From Myxococcales bacterium (lineage in GTDB: Bacteria; Myxococcota_A; Polyangia; Polyangiales; Polyangiaceae), in NCBI GenBank assembly GCA_043747615.1, contig JAYTOU010000076.1:1-64000 (forward strand): a stretch of 64,000 bases of DNA. Reading direction: 5' to 3'. Of the stretch, positions 30,308-39,726 are shown piece by piece; the first letter of the stretch is position 1; every line of letters starts with the position of its first letter. The notes below the pieces were generated by a model. The model was not told the DNA's origin. It worked only from the letters and a program-made list of their open reading frames with translations, and ran no database searches. The position numbers and the translations under genes were made by a program.

Positions 30308-31288
30308 TTAGAAGCTGCCGCGCAGACCGGCGGCTCCGCGGTCGCTTCCGAAGGTGGCAAAGGGCGCGATGGCAGCACGATTTGGCTCTCGTCGCGCGGA
30401 CGACCATTGCGTGAAGAACGTTCCGACGACGGCCGTGAGCACGCCCGCGCCGATCGTCGCACCAAGGATCACGTTGGTGCGGAACTGGGCGTCGCGCCCT
30501 CTCTGATAGGTGGGGCACGTCTCGCTCATGCCCGCGCAATCGCGCTTCACCGCGTCGACACCTGGGTTGTTCTTGGCGTCGATGCCTGAGAGGATCGTCG
30601 CGCCGGCACCCACCACCGTGAGGCCAGCGCCGATGAAGAAGACCATCGGACCGAGTGGCTTCTCTTTTACGGCGGCAGGCGGAGGCGCGGAAGGCCCCGC
30701 CGGTCCCACCACCGTGGTCACGACGAGCGGCGGCGCGTCGAGCTTCAGCTCTTCCTCGCCACCTGCGACGGCATTTATTTTCGCGGTCTTCAGGCGATCG
30801 CCGGGCCAGCTCACGACGAGATCGTGGCCGCCGGGGCTGAGATAGAAGGCAAGGCTAGGCGCGTCGTCGAGCGCTACGGCGCGTTCGTCAGCCGTGACCC
30901 CGCACGCGGGTTTGCACACCAAGGTCACCTTGTAGAGCTTCGACGCCGACTGGGCGAGCGTCTCGTGCACGAGGACCATCGTTGGAGCGTCGTCCGCATA
31001 GCGGCTCTCGGCGAGTGCCGCGAGGGTCGCTGCCCGGGCGAGCTGCTTTGCTTCCTTGCGAGCGCGAATGGCGTTTCGCAGCGCCTCCGCGCGGGGGGCG
31101 TCGTGGTAGGCGTTCTCGAAGTGGATCGCGGCCTCTTCGAACTTCGCATCGGTGAAGGCGCGGCGCCCCGCGTCGTACTCGGCAGCGGCGGAGCGAATGC
31201 GGTCGGCGGACGGAGACGGCGACTGGGCGAGCGCGTCGCCGGCCATCGCGAGGACGCACGCGAAGGAGAGTGCGGCGACCGACCGCAT
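30308..31288 (-). CDS. Secreted TPR + PEGA-like protein with C-terminal hydrophobic segments and terminal Phe
   Basis: Signal peptide (ALA/Q); YDAGRRAF..FEEAA..FENAY TPR; LSPGGHDLVVSWPG; ends AAGLRGSF. Confidence 0.75.
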   Translation of the reverse strand: MRSVAALSFACVLAMAGDALAQSPSPSADRIRSAAAEYDAGRRAFTDAKFEEAAIHFENAYHDAPRAEALRNAIRARKEAKQLARAATLAALAESRYADDAPTMVLVHETLAQSASKLYKVTLVCKPACGVTADERAVALDDAPSLAFYLSPGGHDLVVSWPGDRLKTAKINAVAGGEEELKLDAPPLVVTTVVGPAGPSAPPPAAVKEKPLGPMVFFIGAGLTVVGAGATILSGIDAKNNPGVDAVKRDCAGMSETCPTYQRGRDAQFRTNVILGATIGAGVLTAVVGTFFTQWSSARREPNRAAIAPFATFGSDRGAAGLRGSF

Positions 31289-31293
31289 GCTCC

Positions 31294-32691
31294 TCAGGCC
31301 ATTTCCAAGAAGAGCTTATCGGGGCTCTCGAGGTACCCGATGATCTCGTACGCGAAGGCTGCACCGACATGACCGTCGACGATCCGGTGGTCGAACGACA
31401 GCGACAGCAGCATCACCTCGCCAATCACGATCTGCCCATTTTTCACGACCGGACGCTCTTTGATCCGATGAACGCCGAGGATGCCGACCTCCGGAAAATT
31501 GATGATCGGCGTCGCGAAGAAGCCCCCTTGGGCTCCGAGCGATGTGATCGTGAACGTGGACCCGGACAGATCCGCTACGTTCGATTTTCCCGCCCGCGCC
31601 TCGGTGCCGAGGCGATCAATCTCGCGCGCGATTTCGAGAAGGCTCTTGCGATCTGCGTCCTTCACCACGGGCACCATCAGGCCGGCGTCGGTCGAGGCGG
31701 CGATCCCGATGTTCATGTACTTGCGGTACACCAGCTCGTTCTTCGATTCGTCGAGCGCGGAGTTCAGGATCGGATGCTTCTTCAACGCGGCTACGACGGC
31801 CTTTACGATGAACGGAAGGAACGTGAGCTTCACGCCTTCCTTTTCCGCCACGGGCTTGAGACGCGCGCGGAGCTCCTTCAGGGCGCTCACGTCGCACTCT
31901 TCGACGAAGGTAAAGTGCGCGGCGGTCTGCGTCGAGACTTGCATCTTCGTCGCGATCTTGCGGCGCATTCCGGCGAAGGGAACGCGCTCCTCGAGAGCGC
32001 CCTGGGCGGCGGTGGGAGCGAGGATCTTCACGGGCTCGCGCGCGTGAGGCGGCGTAAACGAAGGAGACGAAATCTCCTTTTTTCCAGCGCCCTGAGACGC
32101 GGACGGCGCGGACGTGGGCGCTTTGAAGGCGTTCACGTCGTCGCGCGTGACCCGCCCCTGCGAGCCCGTCGGAGGGACGAGGGTGAGATCGACGCCGAGC
32201 TCGCGCGCCATCTTGCGCGTGGCGGGCGTGGCGAGAGGCTTCTCGTTGAAGTAGGTCGACGCCTGCCTCGCGGGGCTCGCGCCCGAAGAGACAGCGCGGG
32301 GTGCCACCTCGCCGCCCATGCCGGGAAGATGCTCGCGAATGTCGCCGACAGCGGTGGCTGCGGGGCCATCGTCTCTCACGTCGGTCTTCTTGTGACCATT
32401 GACGCCGTTGCCGGAATGAGGCGCAGCAGCAGCGGCAACGGAGGCTTCGCCGCCCACCTCGAAGACGACGAGGACGGAGTGCACCATGACTACCTCGCCG
32501 ACCTTGCCGTTCGTTGCCACGATGGTGCCGGCCTTGGGCGCGGCGATCATGACGGTGGCCTTGTCGGTCATGATCTCGACCATGGGCTGATCTTCTTTGA
32601 CGATGTCACCCGGCTTTACGAGCCAGCTCACGACCTCGCCTTCAGTTACCCCTTCGCCGATGTCCGGAAGCTTGAATTCCCAGCGGGCCAT
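31294..32691 (-). CDS. 2-oxoacid dehydrogenase E2 (dihydrolipoamide acyltransferase, branched-chain type)
   Basis: Lipoyl domain (PDIGEG, MTDKA), E3-binding LATPATRKMARELGVDL, catalytic SFDHRIVDG. Confidence 0.95.
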   Translation of the reverse strand: MARWEFKLPDIGEGVTEGEVVSWLVKPGDIVKEDQPMVEIMTDKATVMIAAPKAGTIVATNGKVGEVVMVHSVLVVFEVGGEASVAAAAAPHSGNGVNGHKKTDVRDDGPAATAVGDIREHLPGMGGEVAPRAVSSGASPARQASTYFNEKPLATPATRKMARELGVDLTLVPPTGSQGRVTRDDVNAFKAPTSAPSASQGAGKKEISSPSFTPPHAREPVKILAPTAAQGALEERVPFAGMRRKIATKMQVSTQTAAHFTFVEECDVSALKELRARLKPVAEKEGVKLTFLPFIVKAVVAALKKHPILNSALDESKNELVYRKYMNIGIAASTDAGLMVPVVKDADRKSLLEIAREIDRLGTEARAGKSNVADLSGSTFTITSLGAQGGFFATPIINFPEVGILGVHRIKERPVVKNGQIVIGEVMLLSLSFDHRIVDGHVGAAFAYEIIGYLESPDKLFLEMA

Positions 32692-32712
32692 GCTTTTCCT
32701 TTACTCCAAAAC

Positions 32713-33684
32713 TCAGAAGTTCGCCGTTTCGATGATCGCCGGCAAGATCCTGTGCGCGAGCGGCAGGTATTCCATTTCGAGGGTGTAAGGGAACGGGGTG
32801 TCGAAGCCAGTTACCCGCACGGGCGGAGCTTCAAGGTGAAGAAAGGCCTTCTCGTTGATGAGAGCGACGAGCTCGGCGCCGAAGCCGCACGTCTTTGGCG
32901 CTTCGTGGACGATGACCACCCTCCCCGTCTTCTTCACGCTCGCCACGATGGCGTCGATGTCCACTGGCCACAGCGTCCGCAGATCCAGAATCTCGCACTC
33001 GACTCCGTCCTTCTTGGCTTGATCGGCGGCGGCGATCGCCTCGTAGAGCATCGCCCCCCACGCAATCACGGTGACATGACGGCCCTCGCGAACCACGGCC
33101 GCTTTCCCGAGCTCCACGGTGTAGTCGCCGTCCGGAACGTCCCCCTTCGAAGCGCGGTAGATCCGCTTTGGCTCGAAGAAGAGGACCGGGTCTGGATCGC
33201 GGATCGATGCCAAAAGAAGCCCTTTGGCGTCGTGAGGGTTCGAGGGGCAGACCACCTTGAGGCCCGCGACATGGATGAAGAGCGATTCGGGCGACTGCGA
33301 ATGGTAGTGCCCTCCGCGAATCCCTCCGCCGACAGGCGTGCGAATCACGAGCTTCGCCGGATACTCGCCGCCCGAGCGGTAACGGAGCTTGGCGAGCTCG
33401 CTGACGATCTGGTCGTAGGCCGGAAAAATGAAATCCGAAAATTGGATCTCCGGGATGGGGACGAGGCCGTAGAGCGCCATGCCGATCGCGCAGCCGATGA
33501 TCCCCCCTTCGGAGAGCGGCGTGTCGATCACCCGCTCCTCGCCGAACTCGTCGTACAGCCCCGCGGTGACGCGAAAGACGCCGCCCACCTTGGCCACGTC
33601 TTCGCCGAGAACGACGATGCGGTTGTCGCGCTTCATCTCGTGACGGAGCGCATCTCCGATCGCCTGCACCATGTTCATTTGCAT
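32713..33684 (-). CDS. 2-oxoacid dehydrogenase E1 beta subunit
   Basis: GEDV..GGVFRVT, DTPLSEGG, EIQFSDF, GGHYHSQSPE, FEPKRIY, HEAP. Confidence 0.95.
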   Translation of the reverse strand: MQMNMVQAIGDALRHEMKRDNRIVVLGEDVAKVGGVFRVTAGLYDEFGEERVIDTPLSEGGIIGCAIGMALYGLVPIPEIQFSDFIFPAYDQIVSELAKLRYRSGGEYPAKLVIRTPVGGGIRGGHYHSQSPESLFIHVAGLKVVCPSNPHDAKGLLLASIRDPDPVLFFEPKRIYRASKGDVPDGDYTVELGKAAVVREGRHVTVIAWGAMLYEAIAAADQAKKDGVECEILDLRTLWPVDIDAIVASVKKTGRVVIVHEAPKTCGFGAELVALINEKAFLHLEAPPVRVTGFDTPFPYTLEMEYLPLAHRILPAIIETANF

Positions 33685-34631
33685 GTGAGTCGCTCCACGC
33701 GTTGCTCTTCGAGGCTCCACGGGGCGCGCTCGTAGACGTCATCGAACATCGTGCTGATGCCCGGAAGTGCCTTGTTTTCAGCCTCGCCGAGGGCGCTCGC
33801 CCACTCGGCTTCCACCGTCGCAACGAGCTCGGTCTGTTTTTTTTCCGTCCACAGCGAGCGCGTCTCGAGATGCCGACGAAGCCGGACGATCGGATCATGG
33901 GCATGCGTGATCCGAGCATCGATGAGGGTCGGACCGAGACCACTCGCAGCGCGCGCCGCCGCATCGCGGGTCACCTTGAAGACGGCGAGGGCGTCGCTTC
34001 CATCGCAGGCCACCGAACGAAGACCGTAGGCGATGCCGCGCTCGGAGATCGGCTCGTCGGTGGTCGTATTGCGGCAAAAGAGAAGGACCTTGGGCTTGAA
34101 GACGCCGGCAAAATTCAGAGCGTTGTGGAACTCGCCCGCGCCTGCGTCCCGCGCACCGAAGAACGCGAGCGCGAGGGTGTCGTCCCGTTTGACGCTGGCT
34201 CCCCACGCGAACCCAACGGCGTGCGTGAGGTGGGCGGCATTTCCGTAACCGAACGAGGCGAGCTTCGCCGGACGGTTCACGTAGTGGTCGGGCTCGGCGT
34301 GCCCCTTGAGCGCATCGCCCGCGTTGCCGAAGAGATGATGGAGGTACGCGGCGACGGAGACCCCGCGCCACAAGGCTGCGCCGAAATCACGATCGCCCTG
34401 AAAAATAGCGTCTTTATCGCGAAGCGCGGCAACCGCTCCGAGGATCGCCCCCTCTTCTCCCAGCGAGCTCGTGTGCGCCGAGATGGCCCCCTGGCGTTTC
34501 AGGGTGGTCAGCCGCTCGTCGACGAGACGCACGCGCACCATCTCCCGGTGGAGGGCGATCAGAAGATCGTCGGAGATCTTCGGATCCGTTGCCGGATCCA
34601 ATGAACCGTCGTCGCGCAACACGCTTTCCAT
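33675..34631 (-). CDS. E1 alpha subunit homolog, degenerate (TPP-binding and catalytic loops lost)
   Basis: E1a scaffold is recognisable (RQG, G(Q/E)E, HAVG, FHNALNFAGVF, AYG..DG.D..AV, GPTLI, DPI, MFDDVY), but GDG is GAR, NNxWAIS is absent and the YRxxxH..DD loop is absent. Confidence 0.85.
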   Translation of the reverse strand: MESVLRDDGSLDPATDPKISDDLLIALHREMVRVRLVDERLTTLKRQGAISAHTSSLGEEGAILGAVAALRDKDAIFQGDRDFGAALWRGVSVAAYLHHLFGNAGDALKGHAEPDHYVNRPAKLASFGYGNAAHLTHAVGFAWGASVKRDDTLALAFFGARDAGAGEFHNALNFAGVFKPKVLLFCRNTTTDEPISERGIAYGLRSVACDGSDALAVFKVTRDAAARAASGLGPTLIDARITHAHDPIVRLRRHLETRSLWTEKKQTELVATVEAEWASALGEAENKALPGISTMFDDVYERAPWSLEEQRVERLTCK

Positions 34632-34718
34632 GTCTCGGTAAGGACCCTAGTACTACTTTCTCGGTTTCGGTAGTCGCCGATCCTCGCCTCCGCGGCTTTC
34701 GTGGTAACCTAAGCGAGC

Positions 34719-36689
34719 ATGGCGCGGCGCGCGTCTCTACCCAGTTTCCCGCCGCCTCCGAGCTCCCTGGGAGCGAAGACGCCGCCCCTCCCCGACGGTG
34801 GAAAAGGCCCGCCGTCTGCTGGCGTTCCATCCTCGCCGTCGCCGCGTCTGTCGAGCCCTCCGCTCTCCGAAGCGATCTCGATGACCTCCGCGGCGCAGCT
34901 CCTCGATCGCCTGGCCGCGGCGGACGAAGCGGCGTTCATCGTCACCTGGATCGAAGCGCAAAATGCCGGAAAATCGCGCTCGGAACCGTCGATCTCCGTG
35001 CGGCTCCTCCGCGCCTACCGGGAGACCGGCCGCGTGGATCGAGCCCGCGATCTCGCAACGTCGCTCCCCGTCGCGCCCGCCAACTGGAACCCGATCGACA
35101 CGGCGCGCCTCGCGATCGAGCGGGCCATTCTGGCGACGATGGACGGCCGCGCCGACCAAGCCGAAGCTGAAATTCGCCAAGCCTCGCGTGCGCTCGCTCT
35201 TGCCCCGCGAGGAACGGGTCACCGCGAGCAGCTCGATCTCCACCTGACCGCCGCGCAGCTGGAGCTGAAGTTGAACCGCGTTACCCAGGCCGGCGCGGCG
35301 CTGCGCCTCGCGGAGCACATCGCCGAGCGTCTCGAGGACGGCGCGTGGCGTATCCCCGTCTCGATGATGCTCGGTCACCTCTCGATGCGTCTCGCCGATC
35401 CACGTACGGCGGTGAAGCACTACGCCACGGCGCTCGCGCGGGCTCCGACTCACGGGATGGCGGCGATGAGCGCGCAGGGGAACATGGCGATCGCGCTCGG
35501 ATCGATCGGGCGTTTCGATGAAGCGCGCACCAACGCGCATCAAGCCATCGCCACGGCCAAGGATCTCAGCGCTGGCTGGCGACACGCCGATGGCTTCGAC
35601 GTGCTCGCCATCGTGGAAATCGCCGCCGATCGACCGCTCGCCGCGCTGCACGCCGTCGACGAGGCGCTGAGTGTTCTCGGCGACCTCGAGCAACCGACGC
35701 TTCGCTACCAACTTGCAGAGCACCGCACGTGGGCACTCGCCATGCTTGGTCGCGTGCAAGGGGCGAAGCAGTGGCTCGCGCGCGCCGACAAGCTTCGCGC
35801 AGAGCTGACCACCGTCGACGTCATCGACGAGCAAGATCTCGTCTCGACGCGTGCGCGCACCCTCGAGGCCTGCGGTGAGTTTCGCGAGGCCGTCGACGTT
35901 GCGTCACCCTACGCCGAACGCCTTGCCGACGCGTTCGTCACGGGGAGCTTGAATCTCGTGCTTGGCCGCTCGGCACTCGCGATCGGGGAGCTCGATGTAG
36001 CGCGCGCGGCGGTCGAGCGAGCGGCCCTCTCGGGTGACAAGCACGGCTGGGTCTTTCCCGATCGCACGACGAGCCGGGATCTCTGGGCCATCGCCAAGCG
36101 CGCCGGAGACAGCCGCGTCGTGCGCTACGCAGAGCGCATGCTGTCCGGAGCTGCGGCGGCTCCTTCCCTCCCGCCGCCGTCGGTGCGAACGCCTTCGATT
36201 CCGCCGCCGCCCCCCGTGGCCGCAGGCATGGTGCACGGCGAGGAGCTCGAGCCCGTATCGACGGAAGAATTGATCTACGTGACCACGCCCGACGGGGTCT
36301 CGCGCGTGAGACGCACGGATCTCGCGCGCTGCACGGCGGGTGCACAAGTCGTGGTCGATACGCTCACGCACGCGCTCCGGGTCGATGACCGTGAGGTGTC
36401 GCTCGAACGCCGTCGGGCTCTCGAGCCGCTGGTCGTGCAGCTTCTGCGGCGGGCGAGAGAAGGCTTGAGCGCCGACGAGGTTTTGCGCGCCGCGGGCGGC
36501 CCCGGGCCAGAGTCCGCCGACGCAGAGCATCGGGTGCGAGTCCTCATCTCGCGGGTGCGCGATTTGCTCGGCGACGCGGCGTCGATCGAGCGAGTACGCG
36601 ATGCCGGTGAGCACGGTCGCACACGTTACCGCTTGTCGGCAGGCGTGCGTTTCGCGCTCGTGGAGCCGCTGTTCGGCTCCGATCGCTAG
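34719..36689 (+). CDS. TPR-repeat protein with C-terminal OmpR/PhoB-type winged-helix DNA-binding domain
   Basis: Long helical repeat region; C-terminal VDTLTHALRVDDREVSL..LVVQLL..LSADEVL..RVRVLISRVRDLLG..RYRL. Confidence 0.72.
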   Translation: MARRASLPSFPPPPSSLGAKTPPLPDGGKGPPSAGVPSSPSPRLSSPPLSEAISMTSAAQLLDRLAAADEAAFIVTWIEAQNAGKSRSEPSISVRLLRAYRETGRVDRARDLATSLPVAPANWNPIDTARLAIERAILATMDGRADQAEAEIRQASRALALAPRGTGHREQLDLHLTAAQLELKLNRVTQAGAALRLAEHIAERLEDGAWRIPVSMMLGHLSMRLADPRTAVKHYATALARAPTHGMAAMSAQGNMAIALGSIGRFDEARTNAHQAIATAKDLSAGWRHADGFDVLAIVEIAADRPLAALHAVDEALSVLGDLEQPTLRYQLAEHRTWALAMLGRVQGAKQWLARADKLRAELTTVDVIDEQDLVSTRARTLEACGEFREAVDVASPYAERLADAFVTGSLNLVLGRSALAIGELDVARAAVERAALSGDKHGWVFPDRTTSRDLWAIAKRAGDSRVVRYAERMLSGAAAAPSLPPPSVRTPSIPPPPPVAAGMVHGEELEPVSTEELIYVTTPDGVSRVRRTDLARCTAGAQVVVDTLTHALRVDDREVSLERRRALEPLVVQLLRRAREGLSADEVLRAAGGPGPESADAEHRVRVLISRVRDLLGDAASIERVRDAGEHGRTRYRLSAGVRFALVEPLFGSDR

Positions 36690-36720
36690 GGCTCCCCAGC
36701 ACGAGAACGAGGGCGAGGAC

Positions 36721-37575
36721 TCAGCTGTCCTCTCGACGTGCCTCGATGGCCCGAGCATCACGCTGCGAGATGAGCTGTATCCCCACGGCGGCCACGAGCG
36801 CTGTCGCGGCAGCGCCTAGGGGTAGCGCGCGCGGAAATAATTCTTCCGGACCCGCTCGATTGAGGAGCTGCGGCACCAAGGGCATCGCGCAGTACGCGGC
36901 GTTGGCGACGAACGAGGGGATGATGCTCCCCGTCTGCCCACGTAGCCACGCGAAGACGAGCCCGACCACGAAGAACGAGGGGATGTCTCGCGGCTCCTCG
37001 TGGGACAGCGCAAAGTAAGCGGCGGTGGTCAAGGTAGCGAGGGCAAGCGGCCTGCCCTTTCGCAAGCCCCCGAAGAGCATGCCGCGGTAGAAGAGGTCTT
37101 CCGCCGCCGGAATCACGAGCACGACTGCGACGAAGAGCGCGACCTTCGAGCCGAGGGTAGGCGTCGCCAGGAGCTTGCCAATGATCTCGCTCTGGCGCTC
37201 GACCTCTTCGGTCGGCGTCGGAAAGCGACGCTCGATCAGGCTCCCCATGACATGCATGGTGGGCGCAATTCCAGCGCCCACCAGCGCGGCGAAGAAGACA
37301 GAGAACGGCGACACGACGCGCAAAGCGAGCACGCTACGGAGCGAAGACTCGGGCTGATACACGCGGACCATCACGAAGACGACGAGCGAGTACGCTAGGA
37401 CGCAGCACGCGGTCGCGCTCACGAGATCGCCGGTCGCTCCCGGCCGAGCCGCCTCGGTGGCCTGCAGAGCGAACGCGAACGCGAGCTGGGCGGCTACCGT
37501 CCACCCTGCCGCCGCAAAGAAGGAGATGGATCGCCGCTCACCGGGAAGCGCGTCGATTTCAGAAGGCTGCGTCAC
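36721..37575 (-). CDS. CPBP (CAAX/Abi) family intramembrane protease
   Basis: Multiple TMs; PAAEDLFYRG (EExxxR variant), FALSH, TGSIIPSFVAN. Confidence 0.8.
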   Translation of the reverse strand: MTQPSEIDALPGERRSISFFAAAGWTVAAQLAFAFALQATEAARPGATGDLVSATACCVLAYSLVVFVMVRVYQPESSLRSVLALRVVSPFSVFFAALVGAGIAPTMHVMGSLIERRFPTPTEEVERQSEIIGKLLATPTLGSKVALFVAVVLVIPAAEDLFYRGMLFGGLRKGRPLALATLTTAAYFALSHEEPRDIPSFFVVGLVFAWLRGQTGSIIPSFVANAAYCAMPLVPQLLNRAGPEELFPRALPLGAAATALVAAVGIQLISQRDARAIEARREDS

Positions 37576-37595
37576 GACCCGCTCTTCTTAGCACG

Positions 37596-39203
37596 TCAGC
37601 GGCCGCGAAGATGAGCCGGCACCCCGCGCTTCACCACGACGTCGGTCGCGCCCTTGGGATTGAGCTCCGGAAAATCGATTGTATAGTGCAATCCACGGCT
37701 CTCGTGCCGTGCCGAGGCGCACTCCACGATCAGCTGAGCCACATTTGCGATGTTCCGCAGCTCCAGCAAATCGCGGGTGATGAAGTACTTCCAGTAGTAC
37801 TCGGCGATCTCCTCCTGGAGGAGCGCGATGCGACGGGCGGCGCGGCGAAGGCGCTTGCTCGACCTCACGATGCCGACGTAGTTCCACATCAAGCGGCGAA
37901 GCTCGTCCCAGTTCTGGGTGATGACGACGGCCTCGTCGGGTGTCCCTGCCTGCCCTACGTCCCAGTCCGGAATCTCTGGCCACGGCGCAGTGCGATCCAT
38001 CGTTGCAAGCGCGAGGGCCGCGCGATGAGCGAAGACCAACCCCTCAAGAAGCGAGTTAGAGGCGAGACGGTTGGCGCCATGAAGACCGGTGTGCGCGCAC
38101 TCGCCGATCGCCCACAGACCGGGAATGCTCGTGCGCCCGTCGAGATCCGTCGAGACGCCACCGCACGCATAGTGCGCCGCGGGAACGACCGGAATCGGCT
38201 GGGTGGTGATGTCGATCCCGTACCCCAAGCATTCAGCATAGATGCCCGGGAAGCGCTCACGCACGAACTCCGGCCGCTTGTGGGTGATGTCGAGGAGCAC
38301 GTGCTCGGCTCCGGTGCGCTTTATCTCGTAGTCGATGGCGCGGGCGACGATGTCACGCGGTGCGAGCTCGGCGAGCGGGTGATGCTCCTTCATGAACGCG
38401 TGGCCGTCGATGCGGCGCAGAATAGCGCCCTCGCCGCGCAGCGCCTCGCTGATGAGGAAGCTCTTGGCCTGGGGATGAAAGAGGCACGTCGGGTGGAACT
38501 GGTAAAATTCCATGTTGGCGATCTCGGCACCAGCCCGGTACGCCATGGCCACGCCGTCGCCCGTCGCGACGTCTGGATTCGTCGTGTAGAGGTAGACTTT
38601 GCCGGCGCCTCCCGTGGCCAAGACGGTCGCGCGCGCGACGATGGTGAGCACCTTCTCACCCAACACATCGAGGACGTACGCGCCCGCGCAAACCTCTGGA
38701 CCGCCGTAGTCTGCAAGGGCGATGAGGTCGACCCCGGTGTGCTCCTCGAGGATGCGGATGCGCGGCTCGGCAGCGACGGCTTCGAGGAGCGCGCGCTCCA
38801 CCTCGCGACCGGTCATGTCTCCGGTGTGGGCAATGCGGCGCGCGCTGTGGCCGCCCTCGAGGTGGAGATCGAGCTCGAGCGGGTTGTCTCCGTTCGCGCG
38901 ATCGAAACGCGCGCCGATCTGGCGCAGCATGGCGATGGCCCGAGGCGCATCCTTGACGCACAACTCGACGACACGCTCGTGGTTGAGCCCCGCGCCCGCA
39001 ACCATAGTGTCGTCGATGTGCGATTGGAAGGTGTCGTCGCTCGCCAAAACGGCAGCAATTCCGCCCTGCGCGTACTTGGTGTTCGACTCGTCGCGTTCGC
39101 GTTTGGTGACGACGATCACGTCGCCGTGAGCGGCGGCCTCGAGGGCGAACGATAGCCCGGCGATCCCGCTCCCGATGACAAGGACATCACAGGTGATAGG
39201 CAT
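37596..39203 (-). CDS. nadB: L-aspartate oxidase
   Basis: IGSGIAGL, SNTKYAQGGIA, EGGHSARR, QFHPT, LISEALRGEG, HYACGG, GLHGANRLASNSLLE, HESRGLHY. Confidence 0.96.
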   Translation of the reverse strand: MPITCDVLVIGSGIAGLSFALEAAAHGDVIVVTKRERDESNTKYAQGGIAAVLASDDTFQSHIDDTMVAGAGLNHERVVELCVKDAPRAIAMLRQIGARFDRANGDNPLELDLHLEGGHSARRIAHTGDMTGREVERALLEAVAAEPRIRILEEHTGVDLIALADYGGPEVCAGAYVLDVLGEKVLTIVARATVLATGGAGKVYLYTTNPDVATGDGVAMAYRAGAEIANMEFYQFHPTCLFHPQAKSFLISEALRGEGAILRRIDGHAFMKEHHPLAELAPRDIVARAIDYEIKRTGAEHVLLDITHKRPEFVRERFPGIYAECLGYGIDITTQPIPVVPAAHYACGGVSTDLDGRTSIPGLWAIGECAHTGLHGANRLASNSLLEGLVFAHRAALALATMDRTAPWPEIPDWDVGQAGTPDEAVVITQNWDELRRLMWNYVGIVRSSKRLRRAARRIALLQEEIAEYYWKYFITRDLLELRNIANVAQLIVECASARHESRGLHYTIDFPELNPKGATDVVVKRGVPAHLRGR

Positions 39204-39209
39204 TTGTGA

Positions 39210-39500
39210 CTATTTGTTGCCTTTCTCGATCTTGTCGAGCTCGTCTTTGTAGTTCGCCTTATTTATCTCGGCGGCCGCCTTTGCTTGGTGGTCGTCGTGG
39301 GAGGGGATGCCGATGGCCGTGTTCGCCTTCTTGACGGAGGCTGCTGCCGCTGCGGCGACCGCGGCATCCGGCGATTGGTCGACCACAGCCGCAGTGTCCG
39401 CTGTCACGACGACACCTGCGTCGTCCCCGGCCTTCTTCTTCAAGAACCCGCAGCCGCTCACCAGGAGCAACACCACCACTAGACTCGTCGCGCGCTTCAT
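39210..39500 (-). CDS. Small lipoprotein
   Basis: LLVSGC lipobox; Ala-rich; 6 bp upstream of nadB. Confidence 0.7.
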   Translation of the reverse strand: MKRATSLVVVLLLVSGCGFLKKKAGDDAGVVVTADTAAVVDQSPDAAVAAAAAASVKKANTAIGIPSHDDHQAKAAAEINKANYKDELDKIEKGNK

Positions 39501-39633
39501 TTTTCACCCTCGTTGACCTTGGACGATGGCCCGCAGACTACCGAAACAGACGATCAAAGGCGACCTTCCGCAGATGCGCTGCGTGATAAGCAACCAGGCC
39601 GACCCGTGGTGAACCGAGAACGAGCGGTCGCGG

Positions 39634-39662
39634 TTGACAGCGCGCGGCCTTCCTCCTAACTA
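39634..39662 (+). promoter_or_regulatory. Candidate sigma70 promoter for etfBA
   Basis: Perfect -35 TTGACA at 39634, then a (C)TAACT -10-like element 16-17 bp later. Confidence 0.4.
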
Positions 39663-39726
39663 CCCCTTGTCGGCTACTGAATAGCGATTCATTCGCGGCC
39701 GCAATCCCCAGTCAGGAGAGCGTTTC

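Noticed and set aside
31270..33735. 821-aa plus-strand ORF
   Set aside because: Antisense shadow of E2/E1-beta; stop-poor because of high-GC codon bias; no recognisable motifs.
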